This document shows positions 1-11,600 of a stretch of DNA of 64,000 nt, in pieces (position 1 is the stretch's first letter; each line of letters opens with the position of its first letter). Below the pieces are notes generated by a model. The model saw only the letters and a program-made list of their open reading frames with translations, was not told the DNA's origin and did not search any database. The stretch covers positions 54,374,001-54,438,000 of the forward strand of contig CM126212.1 in the NCBI GenBank assembly GCA_052327205.1, read 5' to 3'. A program made the translations under genes and the position numbers. This stretch comes from Somniosus microcephalus (taxonomy: Eukaryota).

Positions 1-102
1 ATAGTCTGAAATTGTTGAACTCTATGGGGCCCTGGACAATGGGAATTGCAGGAGATGCAACACCTGCCCTTTTACCTCCTCTCTTCCCACTGTCCAAGGC
101 CC

Positions 103-1373
103 TGATAAGGTCTTGGTTGGTGAACAAAATTAGGGCAACATGGAATTGGGGGTAATTTACTAGCATGGATTGAGAATTGGTTAACAGACAGAAAACAAAG
201 AGTAGGGATAAACGGGTCTTTTTCAAGATGGCAGGCTGTGACTAGTGGGGTAGCGCAAGGATCGGTGCTTGGGCCCCAGCTATTCACAATCTATATCAAT
301 GATTTGGATGAGGGGACTAAATGTAACATTTCCAAATTTGCTGATGACACAAAGCTAGGTGGCAGTGTCAGTTGTGAAGAGGATGCGAAGAGATTAGCGT
401 GTAAAGTTAAAGCACATGGGATTGGGGGTAAGGTACTGACTTGGATAGAGAACTGTTTGGCAGACAGGAAGCAAAGAGTTGGAATAAACGGGTCTTTTTC
501 CGAGTGGCAGGCAGTGACTAGTGGGGTACCGCAGGGATCGGTCCTAGGACCCCAGCTATTCACAATATATATTAGGGAACTAGATGTAATATCTCCAAGT
601 TTGCAGATGACACAAAGCTGGGTGGGCGTGTGTGCTGTGAGGAGGATGCAGAGAAACTCCAGAATGATTTGGACAGGTTGGGTGATTGGACAGATGCATG
701 GCAGATGCAGTACAATGTGGATAAATGCGAGGTTATCCACTTTGGTGGCAAAAACAGGAAGGCAGACTATTATCTGAACACCAATAGATTGGGAGAAGAG
801 GAAGTGCAACGAGACCTGGGTGTCCTTGAACCAGGAGTCACAGTCTAAACATAGAAGAAGGAAGGATATACTTGCCATAGAGGGAGTGCAACGAAGGTTC
901 ACGAGATTGATTCCTGGGATGGCGGGACTGTCGTATGAGAAGAGATTGAGTAAACTAGGCCTGTATTCTCTTGAATTCAGAAGAATGAGAGGGAATCTCA
1001 TTGAAGCATACAAAGTTATTACAGGGCTTGATAGGGTGGATGCTGGGAGAATGTTTCCCTTGGCTGGGGAGTCTAGAACCGGGGGCCACAGCCTCAGGAT
1101 AAAGGGTAGGCTATTCAGGACTGAGATGGGAAGAAATTTCTTCACAGAGGATGGTGAATCTTTGGAATTCTCTACCCCAGAGGGCTGTGGAGGTTCAGTC
1201 ATTAGGTATATTCAAAACAGAAGTCAATAGATTTCTGACTAGTAAAGGCATCACGGGATATGGCGATAGGGCCAGTGAATGGAGTTGAGGCAGAAGATCA
1301 GCCATGATCTCATTGAATGGCGGAGCAGGCTCGAAGGGCCGAATGGCCTACTCCTCCTATTTCTTATGTTCTT
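103..1373 (+). mobile_element. CR1 LINE, 5'-truncated, chimeric and internally deleted
   Basis: RT motifs [12 protein letters not shown] and FADDTKL occur twice; CR1 3'UTR stem-loop and ttcttatg tail. Confidence 0.92.
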
Positions 1374-1615
1374 AAACACTCCTTCCAGGTGAAACAGCGA
1401 TTTACTTGTACTTTCTTGCAATTTAGTATACTGTACTCACTGCTCACGATGTGGTCGTCTCTACATTAGGGCGACCAAACACAGATTGGGTGACCGTTTT
1501 GCGGAACACCTCCATTCCGTACGTAAGCGTGACCCCGAGCTTCCGATTGCCTGTCACTTTAATTCTCCACTCCACTCTCACTCTGACCCCACCGTTCTCG
1601 GCCTCTTACACTGTT

Positions 1616-4511
1616 ACATAGAAACATAGAAGATAGGAGCAGGAGTAGGCCATTCGGCCCCTCGAGCCTGCTCCGCCATTCAATGCGATCATGGCTGATC
1701 ATCCAAACTCGGTACCCTGTCCCTGCCTTCTCCCCATATCCCTTGATCCCTTTAGCCTTAAGAAATATATCCAACTCCTTCTTGAATATATTTAATGAAC
1801 TGGCCTCCACCGCCCTCTGTGGCAGAGAATTCCACAGGTTCACCACTCTCTGGGTGAAGAAATTCCTCCTCATTTCAGTCCTAAATGGCTTACCCCTTAT
1901 CCTGAGACTATGACCCCTGGTTCTGGACTCCCCGGCCATCAGAAACATCCTTCCTGCATCTAGTCTGTCCAGGCCTGACAGAATTTTATAGGTTTCGATG
2001 AGATCCCCTCTCAATCTTCTAAACTCCAGTGAGTATAAGCCCAATCGACACAATCTCTCCTCATACGTCATTCCTGCCATCCCAGGTATCAGCCTGGTGA
2101 ATCTTCGCTGAACTCCTTCCATGGCAAGAACGTCCTTCCTCAGATAAGGCGACCAAAACTGCACACAATACTCAAGGTGCGGTCTCACCAAGGCCCTGTA
2201 CAACAGCAAGACATCCATGTTCCTGTACTCGAACCCTCTTGCTTCGAAGGCCAACATACCATTTGCCTTCTTAACCGCCTGCTGCACCTGCATGCTTACC
2301 TTCAGTGACTGGTGCACAAGAACACCCAGGTCTCTTTGTACGTTCCCTTCTCCCAATCTATTGCCATTCAAAAAATAATCTGCCTTCCTGTTTTTGCCAC
2401 CAAAGTGGATAACCTCACATTTATCCACATTGGGCAGAAACATGGCAATGCACTATCACCCAACCTGTCCAAATCGTACTGGAGTTTCACGACATCCTCC
2501 TCACAGCATACCCTCCCACCCAGCTTTGTGTCGTCTGCAAATTTGGAGATATTACATCCAATTTCCTCGTCCAGATCATTAATATATATTGTGAACAGCT
2601 GGGGTCCTAGGACCGATCCTTGCGGTACCCCACTAGTCACTGCCTGCCACTCGGAAAACAACCCGTTTATTCCAACTCTTTGCTTTCTGTCCGCCAACCA
2701 GTTCTCTGTCCAAGACAATACCTTGCCCCCAATCCCATGTGCCTTAATTTTGCACGCTAATCTCTTATGCGGGACCTTATCGAAAGCCTTCTGAAAGTCC
2801 AAATACACCACATCCACTGGTTCTCCCTTATCTATTTTACCAGTTACATCCTCAAAAAATTCCAGTAGATTAGTCAAGCATGATTTACCTTTTGTAAATC
2901 CATGTTGACTTTGTCCGATCCTGTCACTGCTTTCCAAGTGCTCTGCTATTACATCTTTTATAATGGACTCTAGCATTTTCCCCACTACCGATGTCAGGCT
3001 TACTGGTCTATAATTCCCCACTTTTTCTCTACCACCTTTTTTGAATAGTGGGGTAACATTAGCTACCCTCCAATCAATGGGTACTGTTCCAGAGTCTATC
3101 GCGTTCTGGAAGATGACCAGCAATGCATCTACTATTTCTAGGGCTACTTCCTTAAGTACCCTAGGATGTAGCTTATCAGGCCCTGGGGATTTATCGGCCT
3201 TCAGTCCCATCAATTTTCCTAACACCATTTCCCTACAAATACTGATTTCTTTCAGTTCCACCCTTTCATCAGACCCTATGTTCCCCGGCATCTCTGGGAG
3301 GTTATTTGTGTCCTCCTTTGTGAAGACAGAACCAAAATATGTATTTAGTTGGTCTGCCATTTCTTTGTTCCCCATTATAAATTCCCCTGATTCTGACTGC
3401 AAGGGACCTACGCTTGACTTCACCAGTCTTTTTCTCTTCACATATCTATAAAAGCTTTTACAGTCAGTTTTTATGTTCCCTGCAAGCTTACTCTCATAAT
3501 CTATTTTCCCTTTCTTAATTAATCCCTTTGTCCTCCTTTGTTGAATCCTAAACTGCTCCCAATCCTCAGGATTATTGCTTTTTCTGGCCAATTTATATGT
3601 CCTCTCCTTGGATCTTATGCTATCCCTAATTTTCCTTGTTAGCCACGGTTGAGTCACCTTTTTTGTTTTATTTTTATGCCAAACTGGGATGAACAAATTC
3701 TGTAGTTCATCTATTCGGTCTTTGAATGTTTGCCATTGCCTATCCACCGTCAACCCTTTGAGTGACATTCCCCAATCAATCCTACCCAACTCGCTCCTCA
3801 GATCATCGTAGTTTCCTTTATTTAAATTCAGGACCCTAGTCTCTGAGTCAACTACTTCATTCTCCATCTTAATGAAGAATTCGATCATATTATGATTGCT
3901 CCGACCCAAGGGGCCTCGTACAACAAGATTGCTAATTAATCCTTTCTCCTTGCATAATACCCAGTCTAAGATGGCCTGATCTCTGGTTGGTTCCTCGACA
4001 TAATTGGTCCAGGAAACCATCCCGTAAACACTCCAGGAATTCCTCCTTCACAGTATTGTTACTAATTTGGTTAGCCCAATCTATATGTAGATTAAAGTCA
4101 CCCATAATGACTGCTGTGCCCTTATTGCATGCTTCTTTAGTTTCCCTTTTAATGCCATCCCCAACCTCCGCCTTACTGTTTGGAGGTCTATATACCACTC
4201 CCACTAACGTTTTCTTCCCCTTAGTATTTCTCAATTCTACCCATACAGATTCCACATCATCAGAGCTAATATCCTTCATTACAATTGTGTTAATCCCTTC
4301 TTTAACCAGTAATGCTATCCCACCTCCCTTTCCTTTTTGCCTATCTTTCCTGAATATCGAATACCCCTGGATGTTGAGTTCCCAGCCTTGGCCATCCTTG
4401 AGCCACGTTTCCGTAATCCCAACCAAATCATATTTGTTTACCTCTATTTACGCAGCCAATTCATCCACCTTATTACAAATGCTCCTCGCATTAAGACACA
4501 AAGCCTTCAGG
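1616..4511 (-). mobile_element. CR1 LINE, near-complete ORF2 (APE endonuclease + RT) and 3'UTR, disabled
   Basis: ORFs 3932..4426 (GITETWL, VYRPP, IMGDFN), 2368..4020 (NYRPVSL, QHGF, FADD) and 1559..2443; frameshifts; CTGTT repeated at 1611-1615 and 4512-4516 (TSD). Confidence 0.96.
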
Positions 4512-4909
4512 CTGTTCCAACGAAGCTCAATGTAAGCTCGAGTAACAGCACATCATCTTTCGATTAGGCACTTTACAGCCTTCTGGCCTCAACCTCAAGT
4601 TCAACAATTTCAGACTATAACCATGGCCCCTATATTGGTTTTTTTCTCTCACGTGGCAGCTGTTGATGAATCTGCCATTGCCATTTATACGTCATCTAGA
4701 GTCATCTTTTGTTTCATAACTTGTCCCATTACCATCTCCTTTTGCCTTGAACCATCATCCCTTTTGTCTTTTAATCTCTCCTGCCTTCCACCATATCATG
4801 GACCTTCCCTTTTATTCTTTCCTCCCATTCCCCCCCTCCCCCCCCCCCCCCCCCCCCTTTTCTTGCCACTGCACTTGCTTAAAAATCTGTTACATCCCTA
4901 ACTTTTTCC

Positions 4910-4946
4910 AGTTCTGACGAAGGGTCATCGACCTGAAACGTTAACT
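4910..4946 (+). ncRNA. Minimal type I hammerhead ribozyme motif in the Penelope pLTR
   Basis: agtt-CTGACGA-a-gggtc/atc/gacct-GAAA-cgt-t-aact: stem I agtt/aact, conserved core boxes, palindromic stem III. Confidence 0.7.
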
Positions 4947-6907
4947 GTTTCTCTCTCTACAGATGCTGCCTGACCTGCGTATTTCCAGCAATTTTCTGTT
5001 TTCACTCCATCTGTTTGGCTGTTTTATGTAGCTGCCTGCAACGTGTTCTATGTTGGCCGTAGCTACTTTGCACAAAAGCTGACATACTGCACGAGTGCAG
5101 TAAACACTTTTCCTAAGCTCTGATTTTTAAAAAATTATCTCTCCGATTATATGCATGCAGGATAGCACCAAGTGAGACACAACTGCCGAAGAGAAGGTAC
5201 TTGTTGGTAGAACTACAGAATTAAGGAACACTACTTTCAATTGTGTGGTATGCTTCAAAAACATAATTGATGGTTGTGTTATACCATTTCTCATGAAAGG
5301 ATTTAAAAAAAATTCTAATAAAAATAATATTCAAGGTTGTGTACCCTCAATTTAACTAATCCATTGTTTTCGAGATGTAATGAAGTAAGGTTGAGTTTTG
5401 TTTTTCCAGTTGTCTGTTTTCAGTATATATCCTGATCAGAATTGTCTTCCCTTTCGCTTTGGGTACCACATGTTGCTTGTGATCAATAACTGACTTTGTT
5501 TGAAAATGGATTTTTTTGTTAAGTGGCAGTATTTACTTTTTAAATTGGATTTAGCATGAAGATTTCTTATCTTTAAAATTGTCTCAATTCTTATCATTAG
5601 ATTCAGTGTACATTTCTCTACATCCATCTCTTTCTGCTTTTAAGTGGGAAACAAAAGTCTGAGTAGTTAGGAATGTGCAGTCATATTTCTTTCATCCGAC
5701 TTACATTTTTTATATGAACAAAGGCCTTGTTTTGTCATGTGCTGAAGTTATTAGCACAGGATTTCCACAATTACTTGATCTCTGTGATATGACCCCAGTC
5801 CTGTGGGAGGAAGCATGAGCTGCACGTATACATTGTGTAACCAACCATTCAAGGTTTGTTTCTTCCCATACATGCTGTTTTCATGGATTGGAAAGGGGTT
5901 GCGCAATTGCCAATTGGCTGATTTTTGCTGGAGTGCCAATAGCACCAAATCTGACAAGAGCCTGCCAGCTGGAAGTTTGGTAATGTTGAAACTTATTGGG
6001 GTAAGTGCCATTTCCAGCAGTTGGAACTAGCAATTAGTAGCTGCTGTTCTAATACTGCTGTAGATACTAAAAGTCAAAAAGAGGGTAGGAAATTATTCTT
6101 GAAGTAAAATGGTATATTTAGATTTATATTGGGCAAATTAGCTCTTTGAAAATGAGTAATGTGCAGATTAGGGATCGAACAAATCTTTGAAAATGTTTTC
6201 TTTTTGATGAGAGGTTTTAGCCTGATTACTACTTCAGCCCAGACCCACTCTGCCTGATTCATTCAGGTTGGTGTTAATGCAGCAGAATCGCCACCCATTT
6301 TGTTAAAAGTAGTTGCATTTTAATCAGATGTCTGATCAGTGTATATAATTTGACTGAATCCATTTAGTTGTTCATGTAAAGTGGTTCCATAATAGTGATG
6401 GGCAGCGAGTCCACTCTGCTAAAGCCAGAATACTCTTGGTCTGCTCCCACTATTAATCCCCTCTTGTGTAGTAGCGGATAATGTATAATTGTATTTTCTC
6501 AGTGTGAACCTGGTTTTTAACCCTGTATGTACTGGGGCAAAGGGGGGGAAAAAGTCACTAAGTTGCTGCATCATAGGCAGAAATGCTTTTTGTCACCAGG
6601 TCAGTTTAATACCTTATTTGATGGACATCACCTCTGAGAGTGCAGCACACCTTCTGCACTTTACTAGAATGCCATCCTTGAGTATTGGTTCAAACACAAC
6701 ACCATCTGCCCTAAAGTGAAAACTGTACCAATTGAACCAAGATGGTGCATGAATTGTACATTTGGCAGCCAAACATGTACTAAAGTACATTCTAAGTCTG
6801 TCAGTTTGAGGTGTTAGTATGGGCACCTCAATCTCCATCATTATGTTGCTGGGGGAAGGTACTTGACAGAACCAGGTTTTTCCCCACAGGATAGGGAGGG
6901 TGGTGAA

Positions 6908-7035
6908 CAATGTCCCCCTCATTTTTTTCCCTGCGTGGGCCCTTTAAATGGGCTGCTCATGTGCCGGATCTCTTCCAGCTGGTGAGCGGCCTGCACGGGA
7001 CCTCGCGATTGGTGCACACCTTAGGGGGAGCATTG
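6908..7035. mobile_element. hAT-type MITE
   Basis: TIR CAATGTCCCCCT...AGGGGGAGCATTG; 8-bp flanks GTGGTGAA/GTGGTAAA. Confidence 0.8.
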
Positions 7036-7822
7036 GTGGTAAACATTACAACGTTTGATAACTAGCTCAAGAGTGACGATCAGAGGCCTAGAAGTAAATA
7101 ACCTGCCCTCCCTCCAGATTGCGATGTTGGTTGACAGAGAGAAGCTTGGTACCTCCAGGTGATGGCACAATAACATTGGGAGTGTTGTGTAAGAAATGTA
7201 TGGTCTCAAATCAGTGTTCTGTATCTCTGCACAATAACTGAGAACATCGAACATATTACACTGCATCTTACAGGTTTTAATACACATCTGTCTAGTCTGG
7301 AGAAGAGGCACTGCACTTGCACCTTCATTACAGTATATAGTGTTAATATAATGCAATTAACTACACAAATGATGTGGTGAAATAATGTGCAGCAGGATTG
7401 CTGCCATTTTAAAAGGAAAATTATTTCAGTTATGAAAAGATGAATAGCATCGGAGCTGTAAACTTGTATAGATTTTCATATTTTCTGCATGGCTGCTCTT
7501 TGTCTAACTGTCAAGGGATACAGTAAAGATTTTGCACCAAATGGTGGAGAAAAACATTATAGCTTAAAGAATATCTTAAATTCTGCTTTAGTTTCTGTGC
7601 ATTTTTCTAAGAACTAAAGAGGACAAATGATGGAGCCCTGTGATATTTATATATATATATCTCTACCTACCCACCCACCCACCCAAGAAAATGTGGAAGC
7701 TTGTGATATGGGCGAGTGATGTTATGTCTTGGGTGATATTGATGTGGCCAAATACATCATTTATTTGCTGACTGACTTTTTATCGATGATTAAATCTTAA
7801 TTTATTTCCTCTTTGCTTTCAG

Positions 7823-8214
7823 GTTTTTAACAAAAATTATATGAATTTTGGGCTCTGCAGCCCTAGAGTCTATACTGGAACTGTCACTCTTTATATATTC
7901 CTTAAGTATACGATCCACTGTTGATGAGCAAAGACTGTATCTTCGAGTGAAATACCTTAAATTTAATGAGTATAATCCAATTTGACCATATAGCACTGAA
8001 ATAATGCCGATTCACATTCTTCAAGATCCGTCAGTATCTGTACTGATGTGCAATAATATTACTGGATAAGCTGACTTGCCAATAAGGACCAATTGGAAAC
8101 TGCTTAAAACGTGGAACTAGAGTATTCTTTTCAGATTGGGAAGACTGAAGTAATTGATAACGGCAACTCCCATTTCCTAACTGGCAGCATTGCCAGAAAT
8201 TACTTGTGTTTTCA
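7823..8214 (+). other. WDR24: Probable 5'UTR portion of the first WDR24 coding exon; promoter and non-coding first exon not identified
   Basis: Strong polypyrimidine acceptor tttatttcctctttgctttcag at 7801-7822; no CpG-island promoter near the ATG. Confidence 0.5.
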
Positions 8215-8695
8215 ATGGAGAAGATGGCACGAGTGACCACAGCCCTGAGTGGCACAACCATCTCTGGGCGAACGATGTTCTGCCACCTTGATGCACCCGC
8301 CAACGCTATTAGCGTATGTAGGGATGCTGCCCAGGTGGTAGTGGCTGGTCGCAACATTTTCAAAATCTACTCCATAGACGAGGAACAATTTGTGGAAAAG
8401 GCAAATCTCCGGGTTGGGCGCAAGCTCTCGCTGAACTTCAGCTGCGCTGATGTGGTGTGGCATCAGATGGATGACAGCTTGCTGGCGACAGCAGCCACAA
8501 ATGGAGCCGTGGTGACGTGGAATCTGGGCAAACAATCTCGCAACAAACAGGATCAGCTTTTCACTGAGCACAAGCGCACAGTCAATAAAGTGTGCTTCCA
8601 TCCCACCGAGGTCCACATGCTGCTGAGTGGCTCGCAGGATGGCTACATGAAGTGCTTCGATCTCAGGAAGAGGGAATCTGTGAGCACCTTCTCTG
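8215..8695 (+). CDS. WDR24: WDR24 coding exon 1
   Basis: ATG at 8215; MEKMARV...RESVSTFS; donor G|gtaaag at 8696. Confidence 0.96.
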
Positions 8696-11600
8696 GTAAA
8701 GGATATAGTTATCTATGTTCCTGTAAAGTCAGTGTGACCAGTTCTTTATAAAACAGTATTCCTTTATTAGCAATTCATATAAAAATTTTAGTTGCACAAT
8801 GTTTTGGAAAACCTTCCACTAAAGTGAAAGTATTTTATAAGTTAATTTCCTGTCTGTTAATGAGCTGTAGAAATAAGAGCAGTGATGGCTAACAGGTAAA
8901 AGTTTCCCTAAAATAGCGTTTACTCCCTCTATGGGCTCTCTGAAATGACATAGCTGAAGATGTGCCTGAAGTTGTCCCATTTCTCTCATGGCAAATGGAA
9001 TATAATGTGGAGAAGTGTGAAGTTATCCACTTTGGTAGGAAAAACAGAAAAGCAGAGTATTTTTAAATGGTAGACTGGGAAATGTTGGTATTCAGAGGGA
9101 CCTGGGTATCCTTGTCCACAAATCACAAAGTTAATATGCAGGTATAGAAGCAATTAGGAAAACAAATGGTATGTTGGCCTCTATTACAAAGGGATTGGAG
9201 TATAAGAGTAAAGAAGTCTTACTACTATTATATAGGGCCTTGGTGAGACCACATCTGGAGTACTGTGTACAGTTTTGGTCTCCTTACCTAAGCAAGGACA
9301 TACTTGCCTTGGAGGGAGTGCAACAAAGGTTCACTAGTCTGATTCCTGGGATGGGGGGATTGTCCTATGAGGAGGGATTGAGTGGACTAGGCTGATATTC
9401 CCTCGAGTTTAGAAGAATGAGAGGTGATCTCATTGAAACATACAACATTCTTAAAGGGCTTGACAGGGTAAATGCTCGGAGGATGTTTCACCTGGCTGGG
9501 GAGTCTAGAACACGGGGTCACAGTCTCAGAATAAGGGCTCGGCCATTTAGGACTGAGATGAGGAGAAATTTCTTCACTCAAAGGGTTGTGAATCTTTGGA
9601 ATTCTCTACCCCAGAGGGCTGTGGATGCTCAGCCATTGATTATATTCAAGACAGAGATCGATAGATTTTTGGATATTAAGGGATATGGGGATCGTGCAGG
9701 AAGGTGGAGTTGAGGTAGAAGATCAGCCATGATCTTATTGAATGGTGAAGCAGGCTCGAATGGCATACTCCTCCTATTTCTTATGTTCTTATGAGTCACA
9801 GTCATTGACTGACTTAAGATTTATGTGTTCCGATAAGTCCTGCTAGATGTTAATTGCCATAACTATTGAGCCTATTTTGGTAATCTTGCGAGTGGAACTT
9901 TATCTTCTGTAGGTCAGTCAGAAAGTGTCCGGGATGTCCAGTTCAGTGTAAGAGACTATTTCACATTTGCTGCTTCATTTGAAAATGGTAATGTTCAGCT
10001 CTGGGACATAAGACGGCCAGATAGATATGAGCGCATGTTTACAGCACATAATGGACCTGTCTTCTGCTGTGATTGGCACCCAGATGATAGGTGAGTACAG
10101 CGAGGCTCTTGCAACCTTCAGTATTTACATTTAGAGTCCTGATAAGACTGACTTTTCTTTTGCCAAACTGGAGTTCGGTTAAGATCTTAAAGTGAGCTAT
10201 GGTATAACTTGGCTCATGCAAAATGGTAGCCAGGCATCAGTGGGTATGTAGTTCATACATACCAGAGGGAGCATCATGCATAAAGGCCCAGTCACTAGTC
10301 TGAAAACTCAAATCTAGCACAGGGGCATAGAGCCACTCCTAGTGAAAGACTCGATGCCAAATTATTGCTGTGTCAAATTTAACCCATATCATTTTTGCAT
10401 CAGACAAAAACTGGAATGTAGAAATTCATTCATTTTACAAAAATGTGCAATATTAAGCAATACATTTTGTTTTTGAAACTTAAGCCCTGTTAGTCTTAAA
10501 TATCAGTCAAATTGCCAACAAATAAATGCCATAAAGCATCTCCAAATTCTGTTTGATGTAACTGACCTGAATACACCTATTAAATTATTTTTTTGCTATT
10601 TATCTTGCATTCTCCTGTCCTACGCACTGCTCCACTTTGGCTAAGGTGGTGGGCAGGCAGGCAGCCTGCACAAGTTTTTGGCATAGCTGCAATAAACATG
10701 GGTACAGCAGGCGCACTACAGTGTGTCCGGATGGTTCCTCTCCTTCACTCTTACTTGCTTTCTGTGGAAAGTTGCCCAACCTGTACTCAAACACCTGCTA
10801 ATTATACAGCCGAGATTGGAAACTCGGCATATGGGGAATTACAGGCAGCAACCAGTGGGAAAGCTTCATACGCAGCTTCCGCCTGTGGTATTCTTTACCA
10901 GACCATATCGTCACTTGGGACCTAAAAAGGGGAAGTGCTAATGTTGGCAGAAGCTGCATCCCATAAACACAGTGGGGAAAATTGGCAGGCATGCCACCTC
11001 AGTGGATCTTGTAGCTATTCACAAAATGGGATGAGGAAAGGCTGAAGGAGATTGGGGTGCAGATGGAAAAAATAAATTGGGAAGAGGTGGAAAAATTGGG
11101 TTAATCGTTAGCTGAAACGTGGTGACAGCATATTGGAGCTTCAACACTCAGTGCCAGCTGCACACAGCTTCTATAAAGATGAACTAACAGACTGTAGAGG
11201 ATCTACAGAAATCAAACTAATGTCCTTCAGGTGGACTGAATTAGATACTGCCAGAGAGTTTAATACGCATGAGCAGCACCGTTCAAATTCAGTAAAATAT
11301 ATTTATAACTAGAGCCTAGATAATGCTACAAGCTGTTTTGAATGAACACATACTGTTTTTGCAACTAATTTGACTACAGGCCACGATGCAGTTGTTTACC
11401 CAGCTTGTTAAACTTAGATTTTGTTGTTTAAATAAAAAAATCTCGTGCTCTTTCAAAAGAAAATTAGAAAACAACTTGTGCAGTTGCCCCTCTCCGCAAT
11501 AATCTAATATGGAACACTTTTAAGAGTCTCTTGTTAATAGAATCATAGAAACGAGAGCATAAGAGGCCAGTCTGCTCATCACACTAGTGCTGGTGTTTGT

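Larger units (their letters stand above)
41..5002 (+). mobile_element. Penelope-like element relic (GIY-YIG endonuclease end plus pLTR), in three pieces ~41-102, 1374-1615 and 4512-5002, split by two CR1 insertions
   Basis: The joined pieces read approximately CNTCPFTSSLPTVQGP|KHSFQVKQRFTC..LVYC..CSRCG.LYI..TKHRLGDRFAEHL..PIACHFNS..LLHC|SNEAQ.KLE.QHIIFRLGTLQPSGLN, typical of the PLE GIY-YIG domain; hammerhead motif in the tail. Confidence 0.85.

Noticed and set aside
291-1202. 303-aa minus-strand ORF and similar antisense ORFs over CR1 copies
   Set aside because: Antisense shadows of the CR1 RT frame that recur in every copy
1559-4426. Long RT/endonuclease ORFs as a host gene or a novel RT system
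   Set aside because: Ordinary CR1 LINE ORF2 with frameshifts, a CR1 3' tail and a TSD
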